A stretch of DNA of 64,000 nt from an uncultured Acidobacteriota bacterium. Lineage in GTDB: Bacteria; Acidobacteriota; Blastocatellia; RBC074. The DNA is taken from the NCBI GenBank assembly GCA_963796275.1, contig CAWCKY010000003.1, positions 544,001 through 608,000 of the forward strand, written 5' to 3'. The notes below the pieces were generated by a model. It had not been told where the DNA came from. It ran no database searches and worked only from the letters and a program-made list of their open reading frames with translations. Position numbers and translations under genes: made by a program. The stretch's first letter is position 1. Each line of letters starts with the position of its first letter. Positions 18,296 to 29,345 of this stretch are shown piece by piece.

Positions 18296-19537
18296 ATGAG
18301 TTACGTCAAGCGACTGAAGTGTAAAATTTGCAATACGCCTTATCCGGTCGAGCCGCTTTCAATTTGTGAGGAGTGTTTCGGTCCGCTCGAAGTCGATTAT
18401 GACTATGATGCAATAAAAGAGAAGCTTACGCGCGAGGAGATTTCTTCGCGACCGAAAACCTTGTGGCGTTACCGCGAGCTTCTGCCCATCGACGGCGATC
18501 CGACCGTCGGTCTACAAAGCGGGGGCACCCCGCTCGTGCGGGCCCATCGTCTGGCCGAGGCTCTGGGTGTGCGCGAGCTTTACATCAAAAACGACGCGGT
18601 CTCGCATCCGACTTTGTCGTTTAAAGATCGGGTCGTCGCCGTCGCACTCTCGAAAGCCCGTGAGTTCAAATTTGAGGCGGTCGGCTGCGCTTCGACCGGA
18701 AATCTCGCCAACTCGGTCGCGGCCAATGCAGCAGCGGCCGGATTCCCCGCATTTATTCTCATCCCTGATAATCTGGAAAAGAGCAAAGTGATCGGCACAC
18801 AGATATTCGGAGCGAATGTCATCCCGGTCCGCGGCAATTACGATGACGCCAACCGTTTATGCAGCGAGATAGCAGGACGCCACCGCTTCGCCTTCGTTAA
18901 CGTCAATCTGCGTCCGTTTTACGGCGAGGGATCGAAAACATTCGGTTACGAAATTGCTGAGCAGTTGGGCTGGCAAACCCCGGATGCGATCGTCGTCCCG
19001 ATGGCCGGCGGATCGCTGATCACAAAAATCCATAAGGCATTCAATGAGCTGGGCCAATTAGGCCTCATTACACCCGCCGAAACCCGGTTTTATGGCGCTC
19101 AGGCCACGGGTTGCAATCCGATATCAGCCGCGGTCAAAGCCGGGACCCGCGAAATATCTCCCGTCAAACCCAATACGATCGCGAAGTCGCTCGCTATCGG
19201 CAACCCGGCCGATGGTTATTTTGCTACCGGCGTCATCGAGGAGACGGGCGGCTGGTCTGAGGATGCGAGCGATGCGGAGATCATAGAGTCGATTAAATTG
19301 CTGGCCGAAACAGAAGGCATTTTTACGGAGACGGCGGGGGGCACGACGCTCGCCGTGACCAAGAAGTTGCTGGCGCAGGGCCGACTTTCCCCCAAAGATC
19401 GCATAGTCGTCGCGATTACAGGGAATGGTTTGAAGACTCAGGAAGCATTATCGCTTTCGAACCTCGATTCAATTGAACCAAAGCTTTCGGCATTCGAGGA
19501 GCTTCTGGGCGCACGATTGGATGCGCTCGCGGCGTGA
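18296..19537 (+). CDS. threonine-synthase-like PLP enzyme (possible sulfur-carrier-dependent homocysteine synthase)
   Basis: N-terminal CxxC..CxxC, PTLSFKDR (PLP lysine), ASTGN, TGNGLK; adjacent to a MoaD/ThiS gene. Confidence 0.9.
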   Translation: MSYVKRLKCKICNTPYPVEPLSICEECFGPLEVDYDYDAIKEKLTREEISSRPKTLWRYRELLPIDGDPTVGLQSGGTPLVRAHRLAEALGVRELYIKNDAVSHPTLSFKDRVVAVALSKAREFKFEAVGCASTGNLANSVAANAAAAGFPAFILIPDNLEKSKVIGTQIFGANVIPVRGNYDDANRLCSEIAGRHRFAFVNVNLRPFYGEGSKTFGYEIAEQLGWQTPDAIVVPMAGGSLITKIHKAFNELGQLGLITPAETRFYGAQATGCNPISAAVKAGTREISPVKPNTIAKSLAIGNPADGYFATGVIEETGGWSEDASDAEIIESIKLLAETEGIFTETAGGTTLAVTKKLLAQGRLSPKDRIVVAITGNGLKTQEALSLSNLDSIEPKLSAFEELLGARLDALAA

Positions 19538-19595
19538 GCAGCCGAATTATCGGTATGATAGGTCTCCAACCTGTCCTACTCGCGGAGAAAAAACT

Positions 19596-19871
19596 ATGTC
19601 TCAAAGAGTGATAATTCCAACTCCATTGCGCCGCTTCACCAATGGTGCGGAAACAATTGAGGTGCAGGGTAAGACGATCGGCGAGATATTCGATCAATTG
19701 GAAGCCAGTTATCCGGGCATTCGCGCTCGCTTGTGCGAGGAGAACGGCGAATTGCGCCGCTTCATTAACGTTTATGTCGACGGCGAAGACATTCGCTTCC
19801 TCGATCGATTGCAGACCAGCGTTGGCGAGAAGGCCGAAGTATCGATTGTTCCGGCGATTGCCGGGGGGTAA
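19596..19871 (+). CDS. MoaD/ThiS/CysO-family sulfur carrier protein
   Basis: [18 protein letters not shown]-terminal PAIAGG. Confidence 0.92.
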   Translation: MSQRVIIPTPLRRFTNGAETIEVQGKTIGEIFDQLEASYPGIRARLCEENGELRRFINVYVDGEDIRFLDRLQTSVGEKAEVSIVPAIAGG

Positions 19872-19983
19872 TAATCACGATTTTAAAAGGTACATCTAGG
19901 TACATCGAGAGATAGGGGGAGAAAACTATTCGCCCTCTGCTTTTTGATGGCTTTTATTTTTGTATATTCTCGATGCGAACTTC

Positions 19984-20235
19984 TCAGTGCTTGTTCTTTT
20001 TAAACCGCACCGCGCCGAGCACCTCGCTGGTGTGTATCGGAGTCGCTTTATTTAGTACTGTATGATTGAGCATGATTAGCAATTGATCATCGCGGCCGCG
20101 GAAGCGACCGGTGAGAGGCTGATCACCGGTCTGCACTACCACTCCTTCTCTCACCATATTCCAGAATTGCTTCTGTGTGATCCAATACTCCTTTTTATCA
20201 TTGCAGATGATCAGGGCCGTCTTTTTTACTCTCAT
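19984..20235 (-). CDS. hypothetical protein
   Basis: 83 aa ATG ORF starting 2 nt after the aroF stop. Confidence 0.6.
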   Translation of the reverse strand: MRVKKTALIICNDKKEYWITQKQFWNMVREGVVVQTGDQPLTGRFRGRDDQLLIMLNHTVLNKATPIHTSEVLGAVRFKKNKH

Positions 20236-20237
20236 AT

Positions 20238-21278
20238 TTATCGATTTTGGCTGACCTCCTTAATATTTTCTTTTTGACGTAGATCAAAATACGGTTGCAG
20301 GTCATCCATCATTTTAGCGAATTCTTCCAGGCGCAGAGACTGAGGACCGTCGGACCATGCTGTTTCCGGCGTCGGATGAACTTCGATCATCAATCCATCG
20401 GCTCCGACTGCTACTGCAGCCTTGGCAAGCGGGTGGACCAGGCTGCGCTTGCCCGTCGCATGACTCGGATCGACGATCACCGGAAGATGCGTCAATTCAT
20501 TGAGCAATGGTACGGCGGCCAGATCGAGCGTGTTTCGTGTGGCCGTTTCGAACGTACGTATGCCACGTTCGCAGAGTATCACATTGGGATTGCCGTGTGT
20601 GACGATATATTCGGCGGAGAGCAAAAATTCCTTGATCGTCGCCGAGAGCCCACGTTTGAGCATGACGGGCCTCGATATTTCACCGAGTTTTTTCAGGAGG
20701 GCGAAATTTTGCATATTGCGCGCGCCGACCTGCAATATATCGGCATATTCGGCGACCAGCTCAACATCCTCAGTGTCGAGCACTTCAGTTATCACCTTCA
20801 ACCCCGTACGCCTGCTCGCCTCGGCTAATAGTTTCAGCCCTTCTTCGGCGAGACCTTGAAAGTCGTAAGGTGAGGTGCGCGGTTTGTACGCACCGCCGCG
20901 CAATATCTGCGCGCCCGCAGCCGCTACGGCATCCGCGGTTTTGATCAACTGGTCGTAGCCTTCGACCGAGCAGGGGCCGGCCATGACGACGAAACCGCCA
21001 TCGCCGATAATGACGTTATCAATGGGGACCGGCGATTTCTGTTTCTTCACCTCTCTGCTGACCAGCTTGAACGGCTGCAGGATGGGAAATGCATTCTCGA
21101 CGCCGTCCGCTGATTTTAGGCTTTCGATATGCTCCTTCTTGTCACCCGGGCCCACGGCGGCGATCACGGTTCGTTCTGTGCCACGAATGACGTGCGGGGC
21201 ATAGCCGTACTCACGTATGCGGTCGCAAATATGGTTGATCTGATCATCCGTCGCTTCTGCTTGCATTGCTACGATCAT
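20238..21278 (-). CDS. aroF: DAHP synthase type I-beta with N-terminal ACT-like domain
   Basis: [41 protein letters not shown]. Confidence 0.95.
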   Translation of the reverse strand: MIVAMQAEATDDQINHICDRIREYGYAPHVIRGTERTVIAAVGPGDKKEHIESLKSADGVENAFPILQPFKLVSREVKKQKSPVPIDNVIIGDGGFVVMAGPCSVEGYDQLIKTADAVAAAGAQILRGGAYKPRTSPYDFQGLAEEGLKLLAEASRRTGLKVITEVLDTEDVELVAEYADILQVGARNMQNFALLKKLGEISRPVMLKRGLSATIKEFLLSAEYIVTHGNPNVILCERGIRTFETATRNTLDLAAVPLLNELTHLPVIVDPSHATGKRSLVHPLAKAAVAVGADGLMIEVHPTPETAWSDGPQSLRLEEFAKMMDDLQPYFDLRQKENIKEVSQNR

Positions 21279-21368
21279 ATTCTGTCGTTCCTCCGTATGT
21301 TTTTTAAGTTTCAGATTTTTCAATCGCCGATCGAGACCTAAATGAAACCGAAAATTTTCATCTCTTCT

Positions 21369-22223
21369 CTACTCGTTCTCTGCGGTCATATTTGGCGCTC
21401 GCCGGTAGCATCCTAAGGTTTTGATGTTTGTCGCGAATTCGCCCAGGTGCGCCAGCGCATTGCGGACGCGTGGTTCATCTGTGTGGCCGATGAAGTCCAG
21501 ATAGAAACTGTATTGCCAGGGATAGCCCACCAGAGGCCTGGATTCGATTTTCGTCAGATCGATCTCGCGCAGTGCGAAGACTGCCATCGCGCGAAAGAGC
21601 GATCCTGTGCAGTTCGCCAGAGCGAAGACTATCGATGTTTTGTCGGCATCCGTGGAGACATCACGCCCCGCGCGCGCGAGCAGGAAGAAGCGCGTGTAGT
21701 TTTGCCTGTCGTCTTCTATTCCCGAGATCAGCACGTCTGCGCCGTAGATTCCGGCTGCTTCTGCGCCGGCAATCGCTGCCGATCCTTCCTCCCGCCGCTC
21801 GATGATCATCTTGACGCTTCCCGCCGTGTCATATGCCGCGATGGGCACCATTTCCGGATGTTTATTGAAAAATCGCCGGCACTGCCCCAGCGCAACCAGA
21901 TGTGAGTACACGCGCCGGATTTCATCAAGCTTGGTGCCGGGCGAGACGATCAGATTGTGGACGATCCGTAATTTCGTTTCGCCTACTATCTGCAGATTAT
22001 GTTCGAGCAGGAGGTCATAATTCTGATAGACAGATCCGAAAAGCGAGTTCTCGATCGGCGCTATGCATAAATCACACGACTCATTTTCGACCGCCGCAAA
22101 CATCTCTTCGAACGTCGCATACGGAATTAGATCGATGCTGTAGCCGAGCAGCCTGTGCGCCGCTTCGCCGCTGAATGCTCCGGCTTCTCCCTGAAATGCC
22201 ACTCTCTGTTTCATCGCAATCAT
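21369..22223 (-). CDS. pheA: prephenate dehydratase with ACT domain
   Basis: AFQG..GAFS, PIENS, N.TRF, LTKIESRP. Confidence 0.94.
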   Translation of the reverse strand: MIAMKQRVAFQGEAGAFSGEAAHRLLGYSIDLIPYATFEEMFAAVENESCDLCIAPIENSLFGSVYQNYDLLLEHNLQIVGETKLRIVHNLIVSPGTKLDEIRRVYSHLVALGQCRRFFNKHPEMVPIAAYDTAGSVKMIIERREEGSAAIAGAEAAGIYGADVLISGIEDDRQNYTRFFLLARAGRDVSTDADKTSIVFALANCTGSLFRAMAVFALREIDLTKIESRPLVGYPWQYSFYLDFIGHTDEPRVRNALAHLGEFATNIKTLGCYRRAPNMTAENE

Positions 22224-22229
22224 TACCTC

Positions 22230-22275
22230 AAAAAAAGCGAAAGGCCCCTCGTTCGTATCCAACGAGGGGCCTTTC
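22230..22275 (-). terminator. attenuator terminator upstream of pheA
   Basis: Perfect 15-bp stem gaaaggcccctcgtt/aacgaggggcctttc; on minus strand followed by gc-T7. Confidence 0.88.
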
Positions 22276-22303
22276 TGGCGTTCCGTTTGCGCTTGGCTCA
22301 GGC

Positions 22304-22420
22304 TCAGGAACCTCCCACCCCTCTGGAGCTGCTAAAGTAAAAGCCGTATCCAAAGGAGAAGCGCCAAGCAAAGATCCGACCTGTGCGCGAATTAGCGCTG
22401 TAAACGATTTTTTCTCTCAT
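22304..22420 (-). CDS. aromatic-amino-acid-rich leader peptide (pheL-like)
   Basis: MREKIVYSANSRTGRIFAWRFSFGYGFYFSSSRGVGGS (alternative ATG at 22438); 5 Phe, 2 Tyr, 1 Trp within 13 codons, just upstream of the terminator. Confidence 0.8.
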   Translation of the reverse strand: MREKIVYSANSRTGRIFAWRFSFGYGFYFSSSRGVGGS

Positions 22421-22569
22421 CACGAGCCGGATCTTCATAAATTTTCTATATAAGTCCTCTATATATCAAATACATCAAATATATCAAATATATTAAATAT
22501 ATAAATTATATATATTTATATATTTTTTGATCAGGACGTTTGTCTATTGGAATAACCAAATAGTGGAGC

Positions 22570-22598
22570 ATTATCCGAAATGCCAGCGGAGGAGTCAA
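22570..22598 (-). promoter_or_regulatory. sigma70 promoter of the leader-pheA-aroF operon
   Basis: TTGACT-17 nt-GATAAT on minus strand. Confidence 0.6.
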
Positions 22599-22681
22599 GA
22601 AAAATTGATAGTTGCCGATTATATTCGGTAGAACCGTCAATATTATTGTCAATCTATATATGAACTATCACCTATCACCCA

Positions 22682-23323
22682 TTATTTGATGGGCATTTTT
22701 TCTCCCAGTACGGTATCGGGCGAGACGAAATTCAAGTTGAAATAAGCCTTGAACTCAGCGGCCAGTTCGCGAAAGCTCTGGAAATCAATCTGTTGTTTCT
22801 GTCCTATATTCCCGGCCACTCCCACGGCGTCGAGTCCGAGTTCATTGGCGATATAAAGGGAGCGCGGCAGATGGTAACTCTGGGAGACGAGCACTACTCG
22901 ATTGAGCCCGAATACCTCTCTTGCTCTTAAACAAGTTTCGTAGGTCGACCGACCTCCGTAATCGATAATGACGTGTTGTGGCGCGACCGCGTGGGTGATC
23001 AGATATTCGTGCATTGCCTTCGGTTCATTGTAGCTCGGATGGCGATTGTCTCCTGAGACCAGTATCCGATCGACCTTCTCCGCGTGGTATAGTTGAATGG
23101 CCGTGTCGACGCGGTCTTTCAGCATCGGTGAGAGGTCGCCGTTGCTATAAACGCTAGCGCCAAAAACGATAGCGACGCGAGGGCGGGGCCATTGACTCGT
23201 ATCAAGATCGGTCATTTTTATTACGATACGTTCATCGTAACCATGCACTTTATAATGAACAAAGGAAAAGCCGAGGGCGAGGATGAAAAAAGGTAAGATG
23301 AGGAGTATGCGCCTGCGCTTCAT
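22682..23323 (-). CDS. SanA/YdcF (DUF218) family protein
   Basis: N-terminal TM, AIVFGA, LVSGDN...YNEP..M, D.GG..TY, Q.YHLPR. Confidence 0.88.
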   Translation of the reverse strand: MKRRRILLILPFFILALGFSFVHYKVHGYDERIVIKMTDLDTSQWPRPRVAIVFGASVYSNGDLSPMLKDRVDTAIQLYHAEKVDRILVSGDNRHPSYNEPKAMHEYLITHAVAPQHVIIDYGGRSTYETCLRAREVFGLNRVVLVSQSYHLPRSLYIANELGLDAVGVAGNIGQKQQIDFQSFRELAAEFKAYFNLNFVSPDTVLGEKMPIK

Positions 23324-23432
23324 TTATTTGTCACAATACTGTTGTTGAACAACTTCAATTATCAAACTATTTCCAGGTTATACTGTCAAGTTGGTCGACC
23401 GGGAAAGTTAGCGCGGCATCCGCATAATATGG

Positions 23433-23462
23433 TTGACACCTCCCGACAGTGCAACATATAAT
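23433..23462 (+). promoter_or_regulatory. sigma70 promoter of the rplU operon
   Basis: TTGACA-18 nt-TATAAT, both hexamers perfect consensus. Confidence 0.8.
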
Positions 23463-23505
23463 CTCCAACTTTCTATTCAATTGGATCACAGGAGGTACCA
23501 CAATA

Positions 23506-23820
23506 GTGGCGTATGCAATAATCCGCACAGGCGGAAAGCAATTTAGGGTAAGTCCCGGTGATGTGGTCCGGATTCCGACGTTGGCAGATAAGAGTGCCGG
23601 CGATTTGGTTCAGTTCACCGAGGTTCTCGCAGCTGGGGATGACAACGGAGTACGAATCGGTTCGCCAACATTGGTCGGAGTACTGGTCACTGGCAAGGTC
23701 ATCAAAAATGGCCGCGGGCCGAAGATAATCGTCTTCAAATTCAAACGACGCAAACAATACAAGCGTAAGCAGGGGCACCGGCAGGCCTATACGGCAGTTA
23801 AGATCGAAGGGATATCCTGA
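23506..23820 (+). CDS. rplU: 50S ribosomal protein L21
   Basis: [19 protein letters not shown]...GHRQ; GTG start after GGAGG. Confidence 0.97.
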   Translation: MAYAIIRTGGKQFRVSPGDVVRIPTLADKSAGDLVQFTEVLAAGDDNGVRIGSPTLVGVLVTGKVIKNGRGPKIIVFKFKRRKQYKRKQGHRQAYTAVKIEGIS

Positions 23821-23823
23821 AGT

Positions 23824-24081
23824 ATGGCACATAAAAAAGGGGTAGGCAGTTCACGCAACGGGCGCGATTCATCCGCACAGAGACTGGGCGTCAAGAGATT
23901 CGGCGGCCAATCGGTCACGGGTGGTTCTATCATCGTTCGCCAGCGCGGGACGCGCATAAAACCCGGGAATAATGTCGGTCTGGGAAGCGACGACACGCTT
24001 TATGCCAAGGTCACCGGTGTCGTGAAGTTCGAAGATCGGGGACGTAAAGGGCGTTTCGTCAGTGTTTATCCCCCGGAATAA
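23824..24081 (+). CDS. rpmA: 50S ribosomal protein L27
   Basis: [20 protein letters not shown]. Confidence 0.98.
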   Translation: MAHKKGVGSSRNGRDSSAQRLGVKRFGGQSVTGGSIIVRQRGTRIKPGNNVGLGSDDTLYAKVTGVVKFEDRGRKGRFVSVYPPE

Positions 24082-24156
24082 TTTTCAGTTTTTAGTTTTT
24101 CAGTTTTCGGTTGAGGTTTTCAAACGGCTTATACTTAAAACAGAAAACTAAAAACG
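24082..24156. repeat. inverted heptamer arrays (CAGTTTT)n ... (AAAACT/AG)n
   Basis: ttttcagtttttagttttttcagttttcgg ... taaaacagaaaactaaaaac. Confidence 0.75.
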
Positions 24157-24162
24157 ATGTAA

Positions 24163-25188
24163 ATGTTCATCGATCGAGCGAAAATTCACGTTAAAGGCGG
24201 AAACGGTGGTAATGGAGTGACGGCCTTTCGGCGTGAAAAGTTTGTGCCGCGTGGCGGCCCTTCGGGTGGCGACGGCGGTCGCGGCGGATCGGTTTACGTC
24301 GAATCAACTGAAGGTCTCAACACCCTGCTCCATTTCCGCTACAACCCCGAACACACCGCCGGACGCGGTAGGCACGGCGAGGGCTCTAAACGGCACGGGG
24401 CGGATGGTGAAAATGTTGTTCTGAAGGTTCCGGTTGGGACGGTGATAGTCGATGAGGAGACCGGCGAAATAGTCCACGATTTCATAACCGCCGGCGATCG
24501 GGTTATTGTCGCCGCGGGCGGTCGTGGAGGTCGCGGGAATGCTCAATTTGCGACTGCTACAAATCGAGCGCCGCGGTATCACGAAGAAGGACATCCCGGT
24601 CAGGACCGCCGGCTTGTCGTTGAGCTAAAGCTGATCGCCGATGTCGGGTTGGTTGGCTTGCCTAATGCGGGCAAATCGACGCTGATATCGCGAATTTCAG
24701 CCGCGCGCCCCAAGGTAGCCGATTATCCGTTTACGACTCTCGAGCCTCATCTAGGCGTTGTTGATCTGGGCGACTACAAAACTATCGTGGTCGCCGACAT
24801 TCCCGGGTTGATAGAAGGCGCGCACGCGGGAGCCGGTCTCGGCGACCGATTTCTGCGTCACATTGAGCGGACCAAGCTGCTCCTTCATCTGATTGACATA
24901 TCCGGGCTCGCTAGCGATCCGGTCGCCGACTACAAGACGATCGCGGTAGAGCTGGAGGCTTACAGTAACGATGTGGCAGGAAAACCGAAGATAGTGGTGG
25001 CGACCAAAGTGGACGCTCTGGATGACAAGGATAATCTGCAAGGACTGAAAGATTTTTGTGAGCGCGAAGGTTTGAGTTGTTATGCGATCTCCGCGGCCAC
25101 TGGCCAGGGCCTGAAAGAGATGCTCGGTGCGGTGGAGCAGCGACTGGAGAAGATAAATCAGGGAGAAGAGGTTCCATTATCAGCATAA
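24163..25188 (+). CDS. obgE: GTPase ObgE/CgtA
   Basis: Gly-rich Obg fold, [21 protein letters not shown]. Confidence 0.97.
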   Translation: MFIDRAKIHVKGGNGGNGVTAFRREKFVPRGGPSGGDGGRGGSVYVESTEGLNTLLHFRYNPEHTAGRGRHGEGSKRHGADGENVVLKVPVGTVIVDEETGEIVHDFITAGDRVIVAAGGRGGRGNAQFATATNRAPRYHEEGHPGQDRRLVVELKLIADVGLVGLPNAGKSTLISRISAARPKVADYPFTTLEPHLGVVDLGDYKTIVVADIPGLIEGAHAGAGLGDRFLRHIERTKLLLHLIDISGLASDPVADYKTIAVELEAYSNDVAGKPKIVVATKVDALDDKDNLQGLKDFCEREGLSCYAISAATGQGLKEMLGAVEQRLEKINQGEEVPLSA

Positions 25189-25197
25189 CTGAGCTAG

Positions 25198-25902
25198 ATG
25201 GAAGACCGTACAGATGACATAGTTGATAAACGTCAGCGGGTAGGTGTATTCGGCGGCACATTCGATCCGGTTCACAACGGCCATTATAAGGTGGCCGAAT
25301 CGGTCATGCGGGCATTCGCGATGGAACGCTTGATTTTCGTGCCTGCATATGTGCCACCTCATAAGCGCGGTCAGCCGCTCAGCTCGCCCTATCATCGACT
25401 GGCAATGTTGGTGCTTGCGACATTTGATTCGCCGCGAATGTTCGTTTCTACGGTCGAGCTCGATTCTCCCACGCGACCTTATACTATCGAGACGCTGCAG
25501 AGACTGCAGCTTGAGCGCCCGGAGTGGCGGCTGTTCTTTGTTATGGGAGCCGATTCGTTCAGAGATGTCTCTACCTGGTACGAATATGAGCGGATATTGA
25601 ACGAACATGATGTGATCGTCGCTACGCGGCCAGGATACAGCGATGACGAAAACATCGCCGCAGATATAGCTCGACTTGCTCCGGGATTACAGGCGAGAGT
25701 GATCGACTTGCGTTGCGGTCAGCTTCCATCGGAAGCGCAATTTACGATGCCCCACATCTACTTAACCGATTACGCAGAAGTTGATGTGTCGGCTACAACT
25801 TTGCGTGACATGGCGGCAAATGGAGGAAATATTGACGAGCTGATGCCCCCGGCCGTCGCAGGGTACATCAACAAATACGGCTTATATCTGAATTCGGAAT
25901 GA
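25198..25902 (+). CDS. nadD: nicotinate-nucleotide adenylyltransferase
   Basis: [23 protein letters not shown]. Confidence 0.95.
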   Translation: MEDRTDDIVDKRQRVGVFGGTFDPVHNGHYKVAESVMRAFAMERLIFVPAYVPPHKRGQPLSSPYHRLAMLVLATFDSPRMFVSTVELDSPTRPYTIETLQRLQLERPEWRLFFVMGADSFRDVSTWYEYERILNEHDVIVATRPGYSDDENIAADIARLAPGLQARVIDLRCGQLPSEAQFTMPHIYLTDYAEVDVSATTLRDMAANGGNIDELMPPAVAGYINKYGLYLNSE

Positions 25903-26300
25903 CAAAAGTCTTAAAAGAAGAGTTGGAGCAGACCAACACCCAGGCACTTTCGCAGGTAGATCAGGAAATATTCGATCAGGTGAAAAGTGCGGTGGGAGCC
26001 GCAGATGAAAAGAAGGCTCAGAATATGCTTGTGCTTCGCCTGGCAGCGATCACGGAGTTTACTGATTATTTTTTCATCTGCACGGGTAATTCATCGCGAC
26101 AGACGCAAGCCATTGCGGATGAGATAGTCGAGCGTTTGAAAAAAAGCGGTGTGCGATCCTTGAATATTGAGGGGTACAAAACTGCCGAATGGATCCTGAT
26201 CGATTTCGGCGCGTTTGTCGTTCACATCTTCACCGAAGAGTCGCGTCGTTTTTACGATCTCGAAAGACTATGGCGCGACGCAGAAAGGGTTGAAATTTAA
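25899..26300 (+). CDS. rsfS: ribosome silencing factor
   Basis: [30 protein letters not shown]. Confidence 0.95.
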   Translation: MTKVLKEELEQTNTQALSQVDQEIFDQVKSAVGAADEKKAQNMLVLRLAAITEFTDYFFICTGNSSRQTQAIADEIVERLKKSGVRSLNIEGYKTAEWILIDFGAFVVHIFTEESRRFYDLERLWRDAERVEI

Positions 26301-26437
26301 TTATGGAGTTCGATGGCGGATGAAGATTCACCGCGAGAACACGGATATCGCACAAGATAGCGGAAGCTTCGTACTTTGTGATAGCTGTCTATCTCGGGGT
26401 TTTTACCCGCAATCCACCCTCCGCATTCCGCGATCAA

Positions 26438-26905
26438 ATGCATCTGCACTTTGTCTGGATCGGAAAAACGAAAGACCCCAATTGCCGGGCGTTGATTGAA
26501 GATTATCTGGAACGGATCAAACGGTTCGTTCGTGTCGATGTGAGTCAATTGAAGGAACAGGCGAGCGGCGCGGATGAAGCGCGCGTTATCGCGGCGGAAG
26601 GTGCGAAGATCCTTGAGAATATCGAGCGTGACGATTTCGTCATACTGTTGGATGAGCTGGGCCGAGGGTTCGCATCGCAGGAATTTGCGGAACTACTCAT
26701 TACCAGGCAGAACGCGGGCACGAAGCGGCTGGTTATGGTGATCGGCGGCTTTGCCGGCGTCAGCGATGGAGTGAAACGACGCGCAAACCTGCAGATGGCG
26801 CTCTCGCGGATGACATTCACGCATGAGTTGGCGCGCGTAATTTTGACCGAGCAGGTTTATCGCGCCTTAACTTTGTCGGCAGGACTGCCATATCACAAGT
26901 TTTAA
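26438..26905 (+). CDS. rlmH: 23S rRNA pseudouridine-1915 methyltransferase
   Basis: LDE.G, IGG..G, LS.MTF.H, EQVYRA, PYHK. Confidence 0.93.
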   Translation: MHLHFVWIGKTKDPNCRALIEDYLERIKRFVRVDVSQLKEQASGADEARVIAAEGAKILENIERDDFVILLDELGRGFASQEFAELLITRQNAGTKRLVMVIGGFAGVSDGVKRRANLQMALSRMTFTHELARVILTEQVYRALTLSAGLPYHKF

Positions 26906-27009
26906 TCCCCCCCGGGACGAGTGAAGCGTGGCAAGTGACTTGACCTACTTCAACATTCGTCCCGTAAATTTGTCACTTGTCGCTAAATTTTGCTTGAGGG
27001 GAAGATTGG

Positions 27010-27375
27010 ATGGACAAAAAGAAATTAAAAAACTATCGCGACCGTTTGGTAGAGGAGCGTTCGTCCCTGCTCGGCGTTGTCGGGCGTAACGAAGATTATG
27101 GGCGCGAGGCCGACATAGAGGCCACTCAAGACCCAGCAGATAAGGCATCGAATTCTTATACGAAGGAGCTGCTCTTCAGCCAATCTACCAATGACCGAAT
27201 TATCCTCAACCAGATTGAAGAAGCACTTCGGCGCATCGACGATGAAGAATTCGGTGTCTGCACCAATTGCGGCAATGATATCCTGCCCAAACGCCTGGAA
27301 GCTTTGCCATGGGTTCGCTATTGCATAAAGTGTCAGGACCTGCTTGAACGAGGCCTATTGAACGAAGAGGAATAG
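27010..27375 (+). CDS. dksA: DksA/TraR C4 zinc-finger transcription factor
   Basis: DPADKA, CxxC-17-CxxC, RLEALP. Confidence 0.88.
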   Translation: MDKKKLKNYRDRLVEERSSLLGVVGRNEDYGREADIEATQDPADKASNSYTKELLFSQSTNDRIILNQIEEALRRIDDEEFGVCTNCGNDILPKRLEALPWVRYCIKCQDLLERGLLNEEE

Positions 27376-27486
27376 TTCTCACTCCAATGAATTCAAGTTT
27401 ATCCAATTTGCAATTCGTTCATGATTCCCAATGAATAGCAAAATCGATGAGTGATTTGAAAATTGGATAAACTCGAATTTTTATTC

Positions 27487-28029
27487 TTATTTCTTCTGCA
27501 ACTCAGCCAGCGCCGCCAGCACCTCCTCGCTGTGCTTATCAACTTTGACTGATGGGAATACTCGCGCAACCTTTCCTTCCGGGTCGATAAGGAATGTATT
27601 CCGCGCTGAGAGTTTATTGCCATTGTATTCTCGCACCGAACCGTAATTGGACGAGACGCTGGCATCGGTATCTGCAAGCAGTTTGAAGGCGAGTCCTTCC
27701 TTAGCACAGAAGTTCTTGTGTGAGTCGACCGGGTCAACGCTCACTCCGAGAATTACCGCATTGGCCTTTTCATAGGACGACAGGTCACGCTGGAAGTTAC
27801 GAGCTTGAATTGTGCACCCGGAAGTGAAGTCTTTCGGATAAAAATACAAGACTACCCACTTACCGCGATAATCCTTCAAACTGACTTCCTTGCCTTCGTC
27901 GTTCTTGAGTTTGAATTCGGGCGCCGCCTTGCCTACCTCGGGCATCTCAACCAGGGCGAGACCAAAATTGGGAATCGCCGTCAGAACGGCCAAAGCAATT
28001 AGCGTTATTGTTAGACGAATTTTGACCAT
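27487..28029 (-). CDS. bcp: peroxiredoxin (BCP/PrxQ) with signal peptide
   Basis: LYFYPKDFTSGCT. Confidence 0.9.
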   Translation of the reverse strand: MVKIRLTITLIALAVLTAIPNFGLALVEMPEVGKAAPEFKLKNDEGKEVSLKDYRGKWVVLYFYPKDFTSGCTIQARNFQRDLSSYEKANAVILGVSVDPVDSHKNFCAKEGLAFKLLADTDASVSSNYGSVREYNGNKLSARNTFLIDPEGKVARVFPSVKVDKHSEEVLAALAELQKK

Positions 28030-28239
28030 ATGTTAAATTATCCTCTAATTTGAATTGGTTGATGGGGGAAAGCTGTCGAGTGACGTTATTTCGTCGCTGC
28101 TTCATACTATCACTTTTACTATTACGATGCAGGGCGGTTTATCGTTTCGCCAATAGTTCGCTCATTTTTGAGGGATTTCGGTGGGAATTGTCAGCGACGG
28201 TAGATTTTCGCTTTTTTTTCTTCGCGCCTTCGCATCGGT

Positions 28240-29340
28240 TCACCGTTCCACGCGCGCGCTACCGCCTTTCATAACTCGTTCAACCTCGGTCAGGGTCGCC
28301 ATAGACGTATCGCCGGGGGTTGTCATGGCAAGGGCCCCGTGTGCTGCGCCGTACTCTACGGCGCGCTGCGGTCCCTGATTGGTCAGAAAGCCGTAGATCA
28401 ACCCAGATGCAAATGAATCTCCGCCGCCGACACGGTCATATATCTCAAGGTCCTCGCGCGGCGCGGCCTGATAGAGCCGGCCATCGTAATAACAGACCGC
28501 GCCCCAATCGTTAATCGTCGCGGTCTTCGCGCTGCGCAAGGTCGTCGCTACGGCTGTGAGATTCGGATAATCGCCTATAACGCGCTCGATCATCTTCTGG
28601 AAATTGCTCACATCGAGGTTTGATATGTGTTCGTCCAATCCTTCGACAACAAAACCGAGTGCGGCTGTGAAATCCTCTTCGTTGCCGAGCATGACATCGA
28701 TCAACGGCGCGAGACTACGATTGACTCCTCTCGCTCGCTCCTGACCGCCGATCGATCTCCATAATGAATCACGGTAATTCAGATCGTAAGAGATGATCGT
28801 GTCGTGTCTTCTGGCCATCTCCATTGCTTCGCGGGCGACGAGCGGAGTCGACTCTGATAATGCACAGAATATTCCGCCGCAATGAAACCATCTCGCTCCC
28901 TCGCGTTTGAAGATTCTCTCCCAATCGATGTCACCGGGTTTGAGTTGCGAGATTGCAGTATTTCCACGATCCGAGCATCCAAGGGCGGCACGCACCCCGA
29001 AGCCGCGCTCGGTGAAATTCAATCCGTTACGCACCGTTCGTCCCACTCCGTCGTAATTCACCCATTTGACGTGCGATTGATCGACCCCTCCCTGGAAGAT
29101 CAAATCTTGAACCAGCCGTCCGATCGGATTGTCCGCGAAGGCAGTAACCACGGTGGTCTCCATCCCGAAGCAGCGCTTGAGTCCGCGCGCGACATTATAC
29201 TCACCGCCGCCTTCCCAGACATTAAACGAGCGCGCCGTATGGATGCGCCCATCGCCCGGATCGAGCCTCAGCATTACTTCGCCGAGAGCGACCATGTCCC
29301 ATCTGCACTGATCTTTCGGTTTGATCTTTAAAGTCGCCAT
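28240..29340 (-). CDS. kdgK: 2-keto-3-deoxygluconate kinase (PfkB family)
   Basis: GEVMLRL, GGGEYNVA, DRVGGGDSF; next to eda. Confidence 0.9.
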   Translation of the reverse strand: MATLKIKPKDQCRWDMVALGEVMLRLDPGDGRIHTARSFNVWEGGGEYNVARGLKRCFGMETTVVTAFADNPIGRLVQDLIFQGGVDQSHVKWVNYDGVGRTVRNGLNFTERGFGVRAALGCSDRGNTAISQLKPGDIDWERIFKREGARWFHCGGIFCALSESTPLVAREAMEMARRHDTIISYDLNYRDSLWRSIGGQERARGVNRSLAPLIDVMLGNEEDFTAALGFVVEGLDEHISNLDVSNFQKMIERVIGDYPNLTAVATTLRSAKTATINDWGAVCYYDGRLYQAAPREDLEIYDRVGGGDSFASGLIYGFLTNQGPQRAVEYGAAHGALAMTTPGDTSMATLTEVERVMKGGSARVER

Positions 29341-29345
29341 TGTTC

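Noticed and set aside
22224-22262. N-terminal extension of PheA in the ORF track
   Set aside because: The TTG lies inside the attenuator hairpin; GAGG precedes the downstream ATGs at 22223 and 22214
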